A stretch of DNA of 64,000 bases from Octopus vulgaris (taxonomy: Eukaryota), in contig OX597840.1 of assembly GCA_951406725.2 (NCBI GenBank), positions 14,198,001 through 14,262,000 of the forward strand, in the 5' to 3' direction. This document shows positions 35,880-48,740 of this stretch, piece by piece. The notes beneath the pieces were generated by a model, which saw only the letters and a list, made by a program, of their open reading frames with translations, did no database searches and was not told where the DNA came from. Each line of letters starts with the position of its first letter. Position 1 is the first letter of the stretch. Made by a program: the position numbers and the translations under genes.

Positions 35880-36055
35880 TTCTTTACTTGTTTGTCATGA
35901 CTGTGGCCATGCTGGAACACCGCCTTTGGTCAAACAAATCTAACCCCCAGGACTTATTCTATCGGTCTCTCTTACTGAACTACTAAGTTATGGGGACATA
36001 AACATGCAAGCACTGGTTGCCAATCAGTGGTAGGAGAACAAATACAGACAGAAAT

Positions 36056-36088
<33 letters not shown>

Positions 36089-36257
36089 CATATACGATGG
36101 GCTACTTTCAGTTTCCATCTACCAGATCCACTCACAAGGTTTTTCCCAGCCTAATGCTATAGTACAAGACACTTGCCCAAGGTGCCACACAGTGCGACTG
36201 AAACCAGAACCATGTGGTGGAGAAGCAACCTTCTTACCACAAAGCCATTCCTGTGCC
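35880..36257 (-). mobile_element. Family A SINE
   Basis: Reverse-complement copy. Confidence 0.85.
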
Positions 36258-36318
<61 letters not shown>

Positions 36319-37299
36319 CATATATATACAAAGTAAAATATATTACAAAAATACAGTGTAATAAAAAACATCATCATGCTATTATCCTCCTCCTCATCAT
36401 CATCATCACCACCACCATCACCATCAATATCATCATTGTGGTCGTCATCGTCGTCATCACCATCGTCGTCATCATCAACGTCGTCATCATCAATTACTTT
36501 CAAGCAATATTGAAACAAACTTATCATCTAAGCCTTGTTGATAAAACTATTCTGTCACTTAGGTTTTAATTGCTAATTGATGTTTGTTAGTTCATAACAC
36601 TTAATGGTGTGAATGTGTGTGTATGTGCAGAGAAGCAGGCTCAGGTATATACACTCATAGTCACACGCATAAACATGTGTGTGTGTGTGTGTGTGCACGC
36701 ATTTACAAACAGACAAACTTTAAGTTGAGGGAGCTTATGTGTGGTTGCTTAATATGCTAAAAATAACAATCAAATCTCCCTCAGATCACATCCAGTCATG
36801 TTAAACAGGGAAAGGGCAGATATCAGTGGATAATGTCGTATTAAATACTCCTAAAAAGATTAGAGCAGAGGATGGTTGGAATTCCTTTTGTTTTTCCGTG
36901 TGATGAAGACTGACAACAACTGCATGAACATGCAGAGTGCATACACATGCACACACATACACACACAAATCCCAAACATACACACATCCAACACCGAACA
37001 GGGATGGGGGCTCATCATGGTTATATACCTTGCTAGAAAAAACAGCTTAATTTTCCTCCAAACTACACACTACTATTTTAAAATAAGAAGGACATGAAAT
37101 AATGTGATCCTAGATACACTGTATCTGAAATGAAGAAGAGAGAATGGTCATGGTGGGAATGTCCTTGATTGTAGGCCTATCGGATGAAGGTTGACCTGGA
37201 GTTAAGCACCAACAATACATGGCAAAAGGGCAGCACAACATATTCACACATTCATAAATACAAGTCAATAAAAAGACAACAAATGGAAAATATGACATA

Positions 37300-37347
<48 letters not shown>

Positions 37348-37375
37348 GGGGTTTGTATGATAGTGTATCGAGGGA

Positions 37376-37850
37376 TATATATTATTCAAAGAAATTCCAA
37401 CTCTGTTTTTTATGTTTTATTTATATTCTTTATAATATTAATGTAGAATATAGAATATATATAGTATATATACTGTAAAATGAAATGAAGTATTGATTGT
37501 CTTACTGAATAGATGAAATATTGAATATCAAATATTAAGGGACTGGTATACTTTCTTGCATTAAAGCAGTCTTCAAGGTCCCAGGTTGTGACTGGAGTAT
37601 TTCAACAGTTGCAACACTCCTGTCACAACCTGGGACTTTGAAGACTGCTTAATGCAAGAAAGTATACTAGTCCCTTAATATTTTATATTCAATATTTCAT
37701 CTATTCAATAAGACAATCAATACTTCATTTCATTTTACTATATATTTTTTTATTTATACTATATATATATATTCTATATTCTACATTAATATTATAAAGA
37801 ATATAAATAAAACATAAAAAACAGAGTTGGAATTTCTTTGAATAATATAT
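37376..37850. repeat. Near-perfect ~475-bp palindrome (centre 37607); each arm carries a hammerhead-variant motif
   Basis: Arms reverse-complementary over ~230 bp with scattered mismatches and one indel; 1-nt centre in caac-a-gttg; flanked by (TA)n. Confidence 0.92.
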
Positions 37851-38243
37851 ATATATATATACATATATACACACACACATATACATATATATATGTACAT
37901 ATGTAAATGGATGAATGAATTATCCTTTGTTTATAGTTAACATAGAAAATTCAATAAACAGTTACCAGGGTAGCAAAATTCCCGCAAGTAACATGGATGT
38001 AGCGACCTATTCAAAGGTAGAAACTCTAGGGTTAATGTGCAGTAATAGCGTTCTGTTTATCATTGATGCAGTCATCAAAAGTGTTATAATGTCTTGTTGA
38101 GATGAGTTCTCTTTCTTTCCTGATGCAAAGATTACATTATTTTATACCGTTTATTCCTTTGGAATAAAACCAATGTTGCCTTTGAAACATATGCTGAAAA
38201 TAAAAGAATTTGAATAACATCTGCATTCAACTCCACTTATTTA

Positions 38244-38279
<36 letters not shown>

Positions 38280-39914
38280 GTATATTTGTGGTTTTTAACT
38301 TAAGATTATCTCTACTCTCTTAACTGAATGAGTGCTTTTCTACTTTTTGAAACATTGCCACATATATATATGATGCAAGCTCAGCATTTTTATCAGTGAA
38401 CAGGTCACAGTCTCAAAGTGACAAAAATATTTTGGTAAATTAAATTTAAATGTTGAAGTGAATCTAACAGATTTGTGTGTTTCTTGAAAGGCTTATAAAC
38501 ACTTTCCATGCTGCAATTGTTTTCATTCCAGCACACGATCTCAGATCAGGTCACTTGCTGTGTAAGTACATCTCCATATATATATGTATATATAAAATTC
38601 AAAGAAACATGTAGTAAATAAATATACAAAATACACAGACGAATGGAAAACACAGAAGTTCACCAGCTACTCTTCAGTTATTGGCCAGAGGGTCAAGGGC
38701 AGTTTCGGCAATTCTCGATAATATTGCTTCCACTCTGGAGGCACAGGCAAGAAACTCGCTAGGAATGGGACTAAAAGATAACAAAATGAGACAGGCTTGA
38801 GATGAGATCCTTAGTGGATGGACAAGGGACAAAACAATAAACAGAATAAAGGCTTAGGGCCACATGAAGACAACAATTAAAATGATAATAATACATATAC
38901 AGCAAGAAACTGCAAGACAAGACAAAAATAGGTAACCCGAGGGAGATATATATATATGTGGTTATTTTCCAAATGGAAAATCCTCTTTAAATCCAGATCC
39001 TATATTAATGGATCTAAAATATATTCAGTGTGCCTGCTTGAAAATCTGTATCTATTAAAACACTTGAGAACCGCCAATCAATACATCAATTTGAGGAATG
39101 AGATTTTTCTTTATGCCCCCCCCCCCCTCTCTCTCTTTCGGAGAGGCACTGAGCAGCTATACACACACATACACACACGGCAGTAACTTCCACCTACCGA
39201 ATTCAATCGCAAAGCTTCGGTCGGCTCGGGGCTATAGTGGAAGACACCTACCCAAAGTGCCACGCAGTGGGACTGAACCCGAAACCATGTAACTAGGAAG
39301 CAAGCTCCCTAACCACACAGCCATGCCCGCGCCTACCATTTTCCTATAAATACATCTTGTTAAAATTTAAAAGTAGACCACCAGACATTTATTAAACTGT
39401 CAACATCTGGTTTATGTCTGTTTGATATTGAATTAGTGTAATGTTGGTTATCTTCCTCGTGTTTTTCCTTTTTGTTTTCTTCTTTACAAGTGTCTCTTGT
39501 TTAAACATTATCTGTTCATAAGACAACTGAAAAGCAAGTCCTGCTTTCAGGTTGATAAATGGCAGAATAAATTATTATTTCGACCTGGAAACCCTGAGTC
39601 ACTATAAATGCAAGATTTGTGGTTTTTAACTTAAGATTATCTCTACTCTCTTTGCTGATTGAGTGCTTTTCTACTTGTTGAAACATTACCACATATGATA
39701 TATATATCATCATCATCATCATCATCATCATCATTTAACGTCTGCTTTCTATGCTAGCATGGGTTGGACGATTTGACTGAGGACTGGCGAACCAGATGGC
39801 TTGCACCAGGCTCCAATCTGAACTGGCAGTTTCTACAGCTAGATGCCCTTCCTAAGCACTCTGAGAGTGTAGTGATTGCTTTTATGTGCCACCAGCATGA
39901 GGGCCAGTCAGGTG

Positions 39915-39959
<45 letters not shown>

Positions 39960-40669
39960 TATACACACACACACATACATACACACACACACATGCACAT
40001 ATATATATACACACACACATGCATACATACACACACACATATGTATATGTATAAGGACAGTGATTATAGAACAAAGTCACCCACATACCTTGCCCTAACT
40101 TACCCTAGTTTGTTTTCAGTTACCCTGGTTTACCCATTGTCCCAAACTGGAGCTACCATATTTTTAATAGCTCAGTGTCTCTGACCCACCCACCCTTTTT
40201 TTTTCCAGTGTCTCTGAGTGTAGCAGAAGGGAAAATGGGAGCCAGCTTCCGATCAGGTACCTGTGCTGAATGTTTGTAACACTGGAACCTGTTAAAGGTA
40301 GGCAAGCATCAGGTGTTTGGGTTAAACAGGTTATATCTTCCACCCAAGGACAGAAACGTTCCCTCTGACTACTTTCCACACAGTTTCCACCTAGCAGACC
40401 TCACTCACAAAGTTTTGCTTGACCACCGAAGGCTGTGAAGAAACTTACTGATGGTCCCATGTAGAAGACCAAACCTGGCCTTGCTCCACCTTGCCTCAGT
40501 CTTGACCAACATTCTATCCCTCCCTCTCTCTCTCTCCATGGCAGATTGTTTTCTGACTGACAGGCCAGCTGTAACTTCATTGTGGCCAATGTGTTATGCA
40601 AATTACTCCAATACAGCTTCTTTACCAGTCTTTTTGCTCTTCTCTATTCTCTCTATGTCTGGCCACCTG

Positions 40670-40890
40670 TCAGTCTTCTCTGCCCTGTCTTGTCTGTCTG
40701 TCTTGTCTTTTTCTCTTCTTGTCTTTTTCTCTTCTTGTCTTTTTCTCTTCTTGTCTTTCTCTCTTTCTCTCTCTCGTCTGTCTGTGTCTTGTCTGTCTGT
40801 GTCTGTGTCTGTCTGTTTGTCTTGTCTGTGTCTTGTCTGTCTTGTCTTTCTCTCTTCTTGTCTCTCTCTCTTGTCTGTCTGTCTGTCTAC
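40670..40890. repeat. Pyrimidine-rich (CT/TGTC) simple repeat
   Basis: Direct reading. Confidence 0.85.
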
Positions 40891-40993
40891 CAATATTTCC
40901 ATCCGTCTATATATTTGTTTCATTCTTTTCCATTGTACTGAGATACACTTATCTCTCACTCTCTTTCTCTCTTACACACACACACACACCTCT

Positions 40994-41046
40994 ACTTACC
41001 TGTAACTAATAGAGAGAGAGGTAGAAAGAAAAAGTGAAAGAAATGG
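40994..41046 (-). other. Candidate recursive splice site or 6-nt microexon (TTACAG, 41005-41000)
   Basis: ccatttctttcactttttctttctacctctctctctattag-TTACAG-gtaagt. Confidence 0.4.
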
Positions 41047-43035
41047 ATAAATACGCACCACAGGTGTATATATTCATGAAAAATTGATGCATGAATATAG
41101 TTTTGACAGAGAGGCACCCTGCCACATACATATGAGAGAGATTGTTAGAGACATACACAGGTATATAAACATCCATTCATACATCCACTCATCCAAACAT
41201 CCACTTAAATGAAATATAAATGATTGATCTGATCTTCCTAACCATATTATATCCACTCTTAAGTGCTACTTTGGTCACATTACATGGTTGGGGGAAGATG
41301 TCAGCATGGTTGTCTGCTGCTGAAGACTTTGCCATTATTTATTCACAGCTTGAGGAACTGTATCATGTAGAATTAAGTGTTCTGCTCAAAGACTCCATCA
41401 GGAACTGTGCAAACCAATTAAGGAACTCATATGGAGATTGCTTCACCTGCTAGCAATAGCAGCCAACAATACCGCAAATAATATTTTACTATCTGAAAAG
41501 GGGGAGGAAACATGGGATAACTAACCTAATCCTAGATACACTATCTGAAATATATTGATGGAACAGCCATGGAAGGAATGTCTGTGATTAACTCTCAATA
41601 GAATTATATTTTTATGTAGAAAATAGAATTATATTTGCCGTATTTATGATATGAGAATCACTATACTGATGTACAGTAATTTTTAGGGAAAGACATCATA
41701 AATTATGATAATTTCTCACAAATTATCATAAATTATCATAATTATTGAGAAATATTAATTGGGAGATGTAGCAGGCTATGTTTTAATGAAGTGGTTTCAT
41801 AAGACTGAAACATGTCCTGAGCTGTCATCCTTTCTTGCCCGCATCAGACTGAATTAATTAGTTTTTCTGCTAATGTTTCCTTCACTATATGCATTTGATT
41901 AATTAATTAGATTTTTTTCGTCATTATCTTAAGTCAGTTCTTTCATGACTGTTATACATGGTTAAATTTACCATTTTTCCCTCTTCCCATCCCACCTCTC
42001 TCTTCACCACCTCCCTCCCTCTCCCTAAGACATTGACAATCTAAGATAGCCACCGTCGGTGCCACCACCTCAAACTACACATTGACCATTCAGCTTATCT
42101 TTTGGTTCTCTAACAGAACCAACAATCAATGAAGCCACAAAATATTGACACAGCTTCTCCATTCAAGTAGAGCGGACAGCAGCGTTAATGAGATAAGTGC
42201 TGCCTTTGTCATGTAATGTGTAAACAATAACACATGCTCTCTCTCTCTTTCTCTCTCCCTCTCTTTCTCTCTCTCACCATCTATCTATCTATCTATTTTC
42301 CGTTCACTCGTTTTGCTCTCTTTCTCTCTCTTTCATTCTTTCTAGCTTTTTTCCCTCTCTCACTCTCTCTTACTTAGTCTTTCCCTTTCTTTACCTCTGT
42401 ATCAGTCTGTCTTCACTCTTGTTAATCCTCATTCTTTGTCTATCCATCTGTCTGTCTGTCCATCTCTCTCTCCCTATCTCTCTCTCTGTCTGTCTGTCTA
42501 CATATCAATGTACCTACCTACCTACCTACCCATCCATCCATCCATCTATCTATCTATCTATCTTCTTTTTTTTCTTTTCCTTTTTTTCTTTTTTCTCTTT
42601 TTTTTGTTCTTTTTTCCCTTTTACGATCCCTTTTGATCGAAAACCTATGCCACCTTTTTTTTTTTCTCCCCTAAAAGAAAAGCTCTACCTTGTAACTTGT
42701 CCCATCTGTGTGCAGCCCTGTGTGGCCAATAAAGAAACTTATCTGTCTATCTATCTATCTATCTGTATCTCTCCCTCCCTCCCATTCCCCCTCTCTCTAT
42801 ATCTACCTACCTGCCAACATACATACCCACCACCCATCAATGTAAAGCTACCTTTCCCCCTTTCTTTCGTTTCCCTCCTCCATCTCCCTGCCCTCACATC
42901 TTTCAGGTGATTTTCCCACCTTCAGACACTCTCTGACGTTACTAATTGCTACAAAGTAAAAGTCGAGAGTTCAAAGCTTTTAAGTTACTTGTTTACAGAG
43001 CTAAACTGAATCATCTATTTGTTTCTTTAAGTATA

Positions 43036-43146
43036 GGTGTGTGTGTGTGTGTGTGTCCGTGTGTGCTTGTGTGTGTGTGTATATATATATATATCTGTGT
43101 GTATTTGTGTATTTAGATATGTGTGTGTGTGTATATATATATATAT

Positions 43147-43178
<32 letters not shown>

Positions 43179-43250
43179 CTGTGTGTGTATGTGTGTATAT
43201 ATATATATATATATGTGTGTGTATGTGTATATATATATATATGTGTGTGT

Positions 43251-43292
<42 letters not shown>

Positions 43293-43435
43293 GTATACAT
43301 ATATGTGTGTGTATGTATATATATATATATGTACGCATATATATATATGTATGTATATATGTTTATATATATATATATGTATGTATATATGTTTATATAT
43401 ATATATATGTATGTATATATGTTTATATATATATG

Positions 43436-43468
<33 letters not shown>
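43036..43468. repeat. Compound (TG)n/(TA)n microsatellite with higher-order units
   Basis: Direct reading. Confidence 0.95.
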
Positions 43469-43472
<4 letters not shown>

Positions 43473-45067
43473 CATGTAGATGAAAGTAAATAATCTCAGT
43501 ATAGACAATGCAGAGTTGTGGTCAGATGGATTGAACCTTAAACTCTAACCTCTTCATTCAGGACTGGCTCCTCTTCCTCAAAAGTCACCTATAAGAACAA
43601 TCCTTAATGAGCTGTGAGGTGTGCAGGGTAGTGTTGCTTGAAGTCAATCATATTACCAATGTAGCTCACCTGAAGAGAATGTGGAATTGTGACCATACAG
43701 TCTTACATAACACTGTAGTGCAAGCAATTATTATTCAGTGGGGACAATTTTGGGGAACTCGACAATTACAGGTTTCCCTATCACTAGTAGATTGGGGCTC
43801 CAGGCTAGGGTCTACATTGGAGGTACAATTGTCTTCAAGGTGATGCTACTTTGCACACCTTTGCTCCTTCTCAAATAGGCTGCAAAATAATCTCTAACAT
43901 CCACATACAGACCCAGAGCTCACCTTATACATTTGGGTAGAACTTCCCTACAATACAAATTGTTGTGTCTGTAAATTATGTTGCTGGGGGTCACCCATCA
44001 GAATATATTCCATCAGAACAAGCTCTCTTTACTTAATTGATTTTCTCACATAATTTTTGCTTGTGGATAAAGATTCCACTGGACTTTTGTTCATTAATTA
44101 AAACCATTATATTTCCTCATTTGTCTTAGCTAAAATTCTGTTTTATTTGCAGTATCTTCTTCTTTTACTACCCCTGTCACTCCCTTACATAATTTCACAT
44201 ACTCCTCTGTCCTTCACCTCTGTTTTTCTTAATCACTTTATCTTGTCTGTAAGCTACAAATTTGGCATGCCACTATTTTGAACTAATAACAATATTTCGA
44301 AAGTAAGTGTTATTAGTTCATAGTAATAGAGATTGCTTTGAATTACCAGCTAGAGGAGACGTCCTCCTGGGGTTCAAATGGTAGTAATATTGATTCCTAC
44401 AGAAGAGCCATGTTTAAGTGGCAATAACCATTACCTAACCATTTTTCTTTAGTCAGCAGTTAACTTTATCTTCTCTGTCTGGCCTTCCTCGAATAACATC
44501 TTCATCTCGTGTCTCCCCTTCACCACCCCTCCTTTCATCTGTTTCCTCTGCTTCCTCCCACCCCATTCTGTTTTCTTTAAACCTTTATATTTCCAAACAC
44601 TGCCATGAAATATGTATTTGCTACTTTACTCTTGAGAAGGGACCCCTAACTTACTTTAGCAATTTCATTGGGATTTCTGTCTAGATACACACCTATGATG
44701 TCTTGCAATATTACATATGAATACAGTTATTATGTATGTCATGGTTGTCTTGAAACAGCTGTTAAGACTTTACATAGTTCTTCTGTTCTGTTTTGCTTTT
44801 GTCTTTCTTTATCATGTGATCTATATTTTATGCTCCATGTAAATATATGTCTGAAGCCTACCTGTGTTTTTCTACCATCTACCTTACTACCTCCCTCCCT
44901 CTCTCCCTCTCTCTCTCTGTGAAGGCATGGCTGTGAGATTGAGAAGCTTGCTTTCCAACTATCTGACTAAAGCCTTGTGAGTGGACTTGATAGACAAAAA
45001 CTGAAAGAAGCCTGTTATGTATATTTATACATGTATATTTGTATATGTATGTGTGTGTGTATATATA

Positions 45068-45138
45068 TAACAGCCCTCCATCGTCACTGACGAAGGGAGG
45101 GCTGTTATAAGCTAACTCCGAAATCGGTCCGATATGGT
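45068..45138 (+). ncRNA. Imperfect hammerhead motif overlapping a 40-nt palindrome
   Basis: CTGACGA (45087-93)...ggag/ctcc stem...GAAA-tcgg-TC-cgatatgg; element lies between (TA)n tracts. Confidence 0.45.
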
Positions 45139-45799
45139 AATAATGGAATGTTTTAGAAATTTCTGTCCACCCTTTTTCGAGTAGCGTGCATATTGTGAAA
45201 AAATTATATGGTTAATGGACAATATGTCCAATTTTTCGGCATATTTGGCATTAGAAATTTTTTCGTTTGCCCTTATTTATGAATTGTTTATATATATATA
45301 TACATATATGTGTGTGTGTGTGTGTGTGTGTACGTGGACCTTACGAAGGAGATGACAGACGACTGAGATATGTGGTTGTTTGTTGTACTTGAGAAGACCC
45401 ACCCACTACAACAGAATTGAGTTCCAAAACACAAAAGCATTGGTGTGGGTGCTGGTGACACGTAAAAGGCACTGGTGATAATGCATCCAGCAAGCTTAGT
45501 ATTGCCCAGTCACTGATTAAAACCATGCCAACAACTTTGTAAATCGTCATGGTTGGAATCAATATAAGGGAGATAACCCCATCCTACCTGAAACCCTACC
45601 TACAGGGTCATTCCAGATGTATAATTTTTTGTTTACAAAAGTAACTGACCATGATGTTTTCCTCTCTCAAGTTGTAGAGAGGTTATGTGCCTCCAGCCAT
45701 TTGAGTTTGATAAGTCACTTATACTGCTAAGTTCTTTATAGGTACAAAACCAATGGTCACTCTCTGACTGGCCATAACAAACAACTTTCTAAATTGCAT

Positions 45800-46150
45800 A
45801 AGCCTTCCCAACCATGTGGTTCCAGGTTCAATCCCATTGCATGGTACCTTGGGAAAGTGTCTTCTACTATAGGCTTGAGCCAACCAAAGCTGTATGAGTG
45901 GAGTTGGTAGATGGAAATTGAAAGAAATCTGTTATATATGTATTATATATATATGTGTGTGTGTATGTATGTGTGTGTTTCTCTCCTGTCATCGCTTGAC
46001 AACCAATGCTGGTGTGTTTATGAGATCTTACAAGAGATTGATTGAATAAGTACTAGGCTTACAAAAAATAAGTCCTGGGGTTGATTTCTTTGACTAAAAC
46101 TGTTTAGTGCCCTGGCATGGCCACAGTTTAATGACTGAAAGAAATAAAAA
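45800..46150 (+). mobile_element. Family A SINE
   Basis: Body and tail match. Confidence 0.8.
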
Positions 46151-46523
46151 TAATAGCCTTCAATTATATTTTGACTGCTAGTGTTTTAGTGAGAGAGCTG
46201 TCTTTAGTTTTGTGAGTTACATGGCAACCACACAAGTGTCGAGTAAAACCTACCCAACACACTTTGTAAAATGTTTAGCAAATACTGGGAGTGGAAGTTC
46301 AAAAACACTTTTGTTTTACTGAAGGCAAGATAACCTCCACAGAGAAGGGGCAATAAAAAGTGCACTTATTATAGGTGCAGTCATGACTGTGTGACACAAA
46401 GTTTACTTCCTAACCACATGGTTCTGAGTTCAGTCTTAATGTGTGGCACTTTGGGGAAGTGTCTTCTACCAAAGCCTTGTGAATGGATTTGGTAGACAAA
46501 GAAAGAAGCCCATTGTATATATA

Positions 46524-47439
46524 CATGGTCTGATTAATAAGTATCTGGATTGTTGCCATGGTAATGAAGCTAAAGGATGCAGAATGAAGTTGCTTGGCAC
46601 AGATTGATTTTGAACTTAGCTGTTCATGCATATTAAGTTTTAACATTCTAACCCACTTTTGCTGTTTACAGTAGTGCTTGGAAGGAAGGTGTGTAGCATG
46701 TGATCATTGCATTGACCATGACAGAGAAAGCTGAGAAGAGAATCTGCATCAAATTTTACCAAAAACTTTGCTACACCTGCTCAGAGGCCTAAGCAAAGTT
46801 TTCAAAAAGTTTTCATCGTTCTTGACACAATCAAGGAGATCTTGTGCAACTGAAATCCGAGTGTCTTTTTGGTCAGCTGAAAGCACTTCTGACACAAACT
46901 TGGCAGATATGCGTCTCATACCGAAATCTTCAGTGATAATGGACTCAACTGAACCGTAACTAATCCGAACATCCTCTGATAACTCTCATGGATGGTGATT
47001 CAATGATTTCCCCTCACAGCTCCATGCACATATGCGATGTTTTTCTCAGTTCTGCTGGTTGCAGGTCTCTGAGAGCATTTGTCAATATTGACATTTTTTG
47101 CAGCCATCTTCGAAACGTCTGAACCACGCATACACTTGTGTGCAGCTCACACACCCCTCTCTATACACTTTCTGCAACTTAGTGTAGGCCTCTGAGCTGG
47201 TATCACTATGACAACTTTGGTCAATGTGGTATCACTATGACAACTATGGTCAATGTGGTGATCACATGCTACACGCCTTCCTTCCTAGCAATGCTGTAAA
47301 CAGCGGAAGTGAGCTAGAATATTAAAACTTAGTGCACATGCACAGTAGAGGTCAAAGTCAATCTTTGCCAGGCAGCTTTACTCTGTGTGTTTTAGCTTTG
47401 TTACTATGGCAACAGTCCTGATACTTATTGATCAAACCT

Positions 47440-47442
<3 letters not shown>
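46524..47442 (-). mobile_element. Mariner-derived fold-back element with two inverted 5' ends
   Basis: TIRs ggtctgattaataagtatctggattgttgccatggtaa / ttactatggcaacagtcctgatacttattgatcaaacc; minus-strand HTH ...EAYTKLQKVY...TQVYAWFRRFEDG...ISYGSVESIITEDFGMRRISAKFV. Confidence 0.85.
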
Positions 47443-47480
<38 letters not shown>

Positions 47481-47533
47481 ACATATCATTATCATTGTCT
47501 AATGTCCGCCTTCCATGCTAGCATGGGTGGGAC

Positions 47534-47583
<50 letters not shown>

Positions 47584-47640
47584 GTATACATATCATTATC
47601 ATTGTCTAATGTCCGCCTTCCATGCTAGCATGGGTGGGAC

Positions 47641-47701
<61 letters not shown>

Positions 47702-47988
47702 TATATATTCCTTTACTTGTTTCAGTCATTTGACTGTGGCCATGCTGGGGCACAACCTTACAGAATTTTAGTTGAATGAGTTGACCCCTGTACTTTCAGT
47801 TCTTTTTCGTAGCCGGGTACTTATTCTATTGGTCTAGTTTGCTGAACTGCTATAGCTGAAGACACTTGCCCAAGGTGCCACGTAGTGGGACAGAACCCGG
47901 AACCACTAACTTGGTGCTTCAACTTAAATACTTAATTCAACTGAATCTCAGTTATATATATGTGTGTGTGTGTATATATATATGTATA

Positions 47989-48183
47989 CAGGGTGGCACA
48001 AAAGTAGGTATCATATAGGCGCTTTAAATTTCTTTTAAAACATTTTATTACATTTAAATATCATTCACTAAATTAGCACAGAATAAGGATTTCATATATT
48101 TTTATAATTAAGATCTTAACTATTAATATATGAATGCAAATGAGATAGTTGAATTACTGTAAACCTACTTTTGGGCCACCCTG
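47989..48183. mobile_element. Tc1/mariner-superfamily MITE
   Basis: TA|cagggtggcacaaaagtaggt ... acctacttttgggccaccctg|TA. Confidence 0.9.
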
Positions 48184-48434
48184 TATTTATATATCCTGTA
48201 AATTTATATATGCATACGGAAATATAATATGCATGTATATATGTATTTGTATGTTGGCCACTTTCTTGTCTGTGTTTATATTTGTTTTATATATATATAT
48301 ATATATGCAACCTTCTGGCTTCACAGACCCCAGTTAAACCGTCCAACCCATGCTAGCATGGAAAGCGGACGCTAAATGATGATGATGATGATATATATAT
48401 ATATATATATATATATGCTTTTAGCTTCTACCTT

Positions 48435-48740
48435 TTAACTTTTACTTGTTTCAGTCATTAGACTGCGGCCATACCGGGGCAGCACCTTGAAGAACCTCTA
48501 AGTTATAGGGATGTAAACACACCAACACCATTTGTCGCAGATACAAAGACACACACATACACACAGACATGCACGCACATACACGATGGGCTTCTTTCAG
48601 TTTCCATTCACCAAATCCATTCAGAAGGCTTTGGTCAGCCCAATGCTATAGTAGAAGATGCTTGCCCACGGTACCATGCAGTGAGACTGAACTCGGAACC
48701 ATTTGCTTGTGAGGCAAGCTTCTTACCACACAACCATGCC
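48435..48740 (-). mobile_element. Family A SINE with internal deletion
   Basis: Reverse-complement head and tail. Confidence 0.8.

Noticed and set aside
40451-41009. 184-aa Leu/Ser-rich, membrane-like ORF
   Set aside because: Produced by a CT/TGTC simple repeat.
43001-43508. Six overlapping 100-155 aa ORFs (CVYI/HTHT-rich), and similar ORFs at 26300, 36000, 39750 and 49000
   Set aside because: Translations of (TG)n/(TA)n microsatellites, which lack stop codons; no coding signal.
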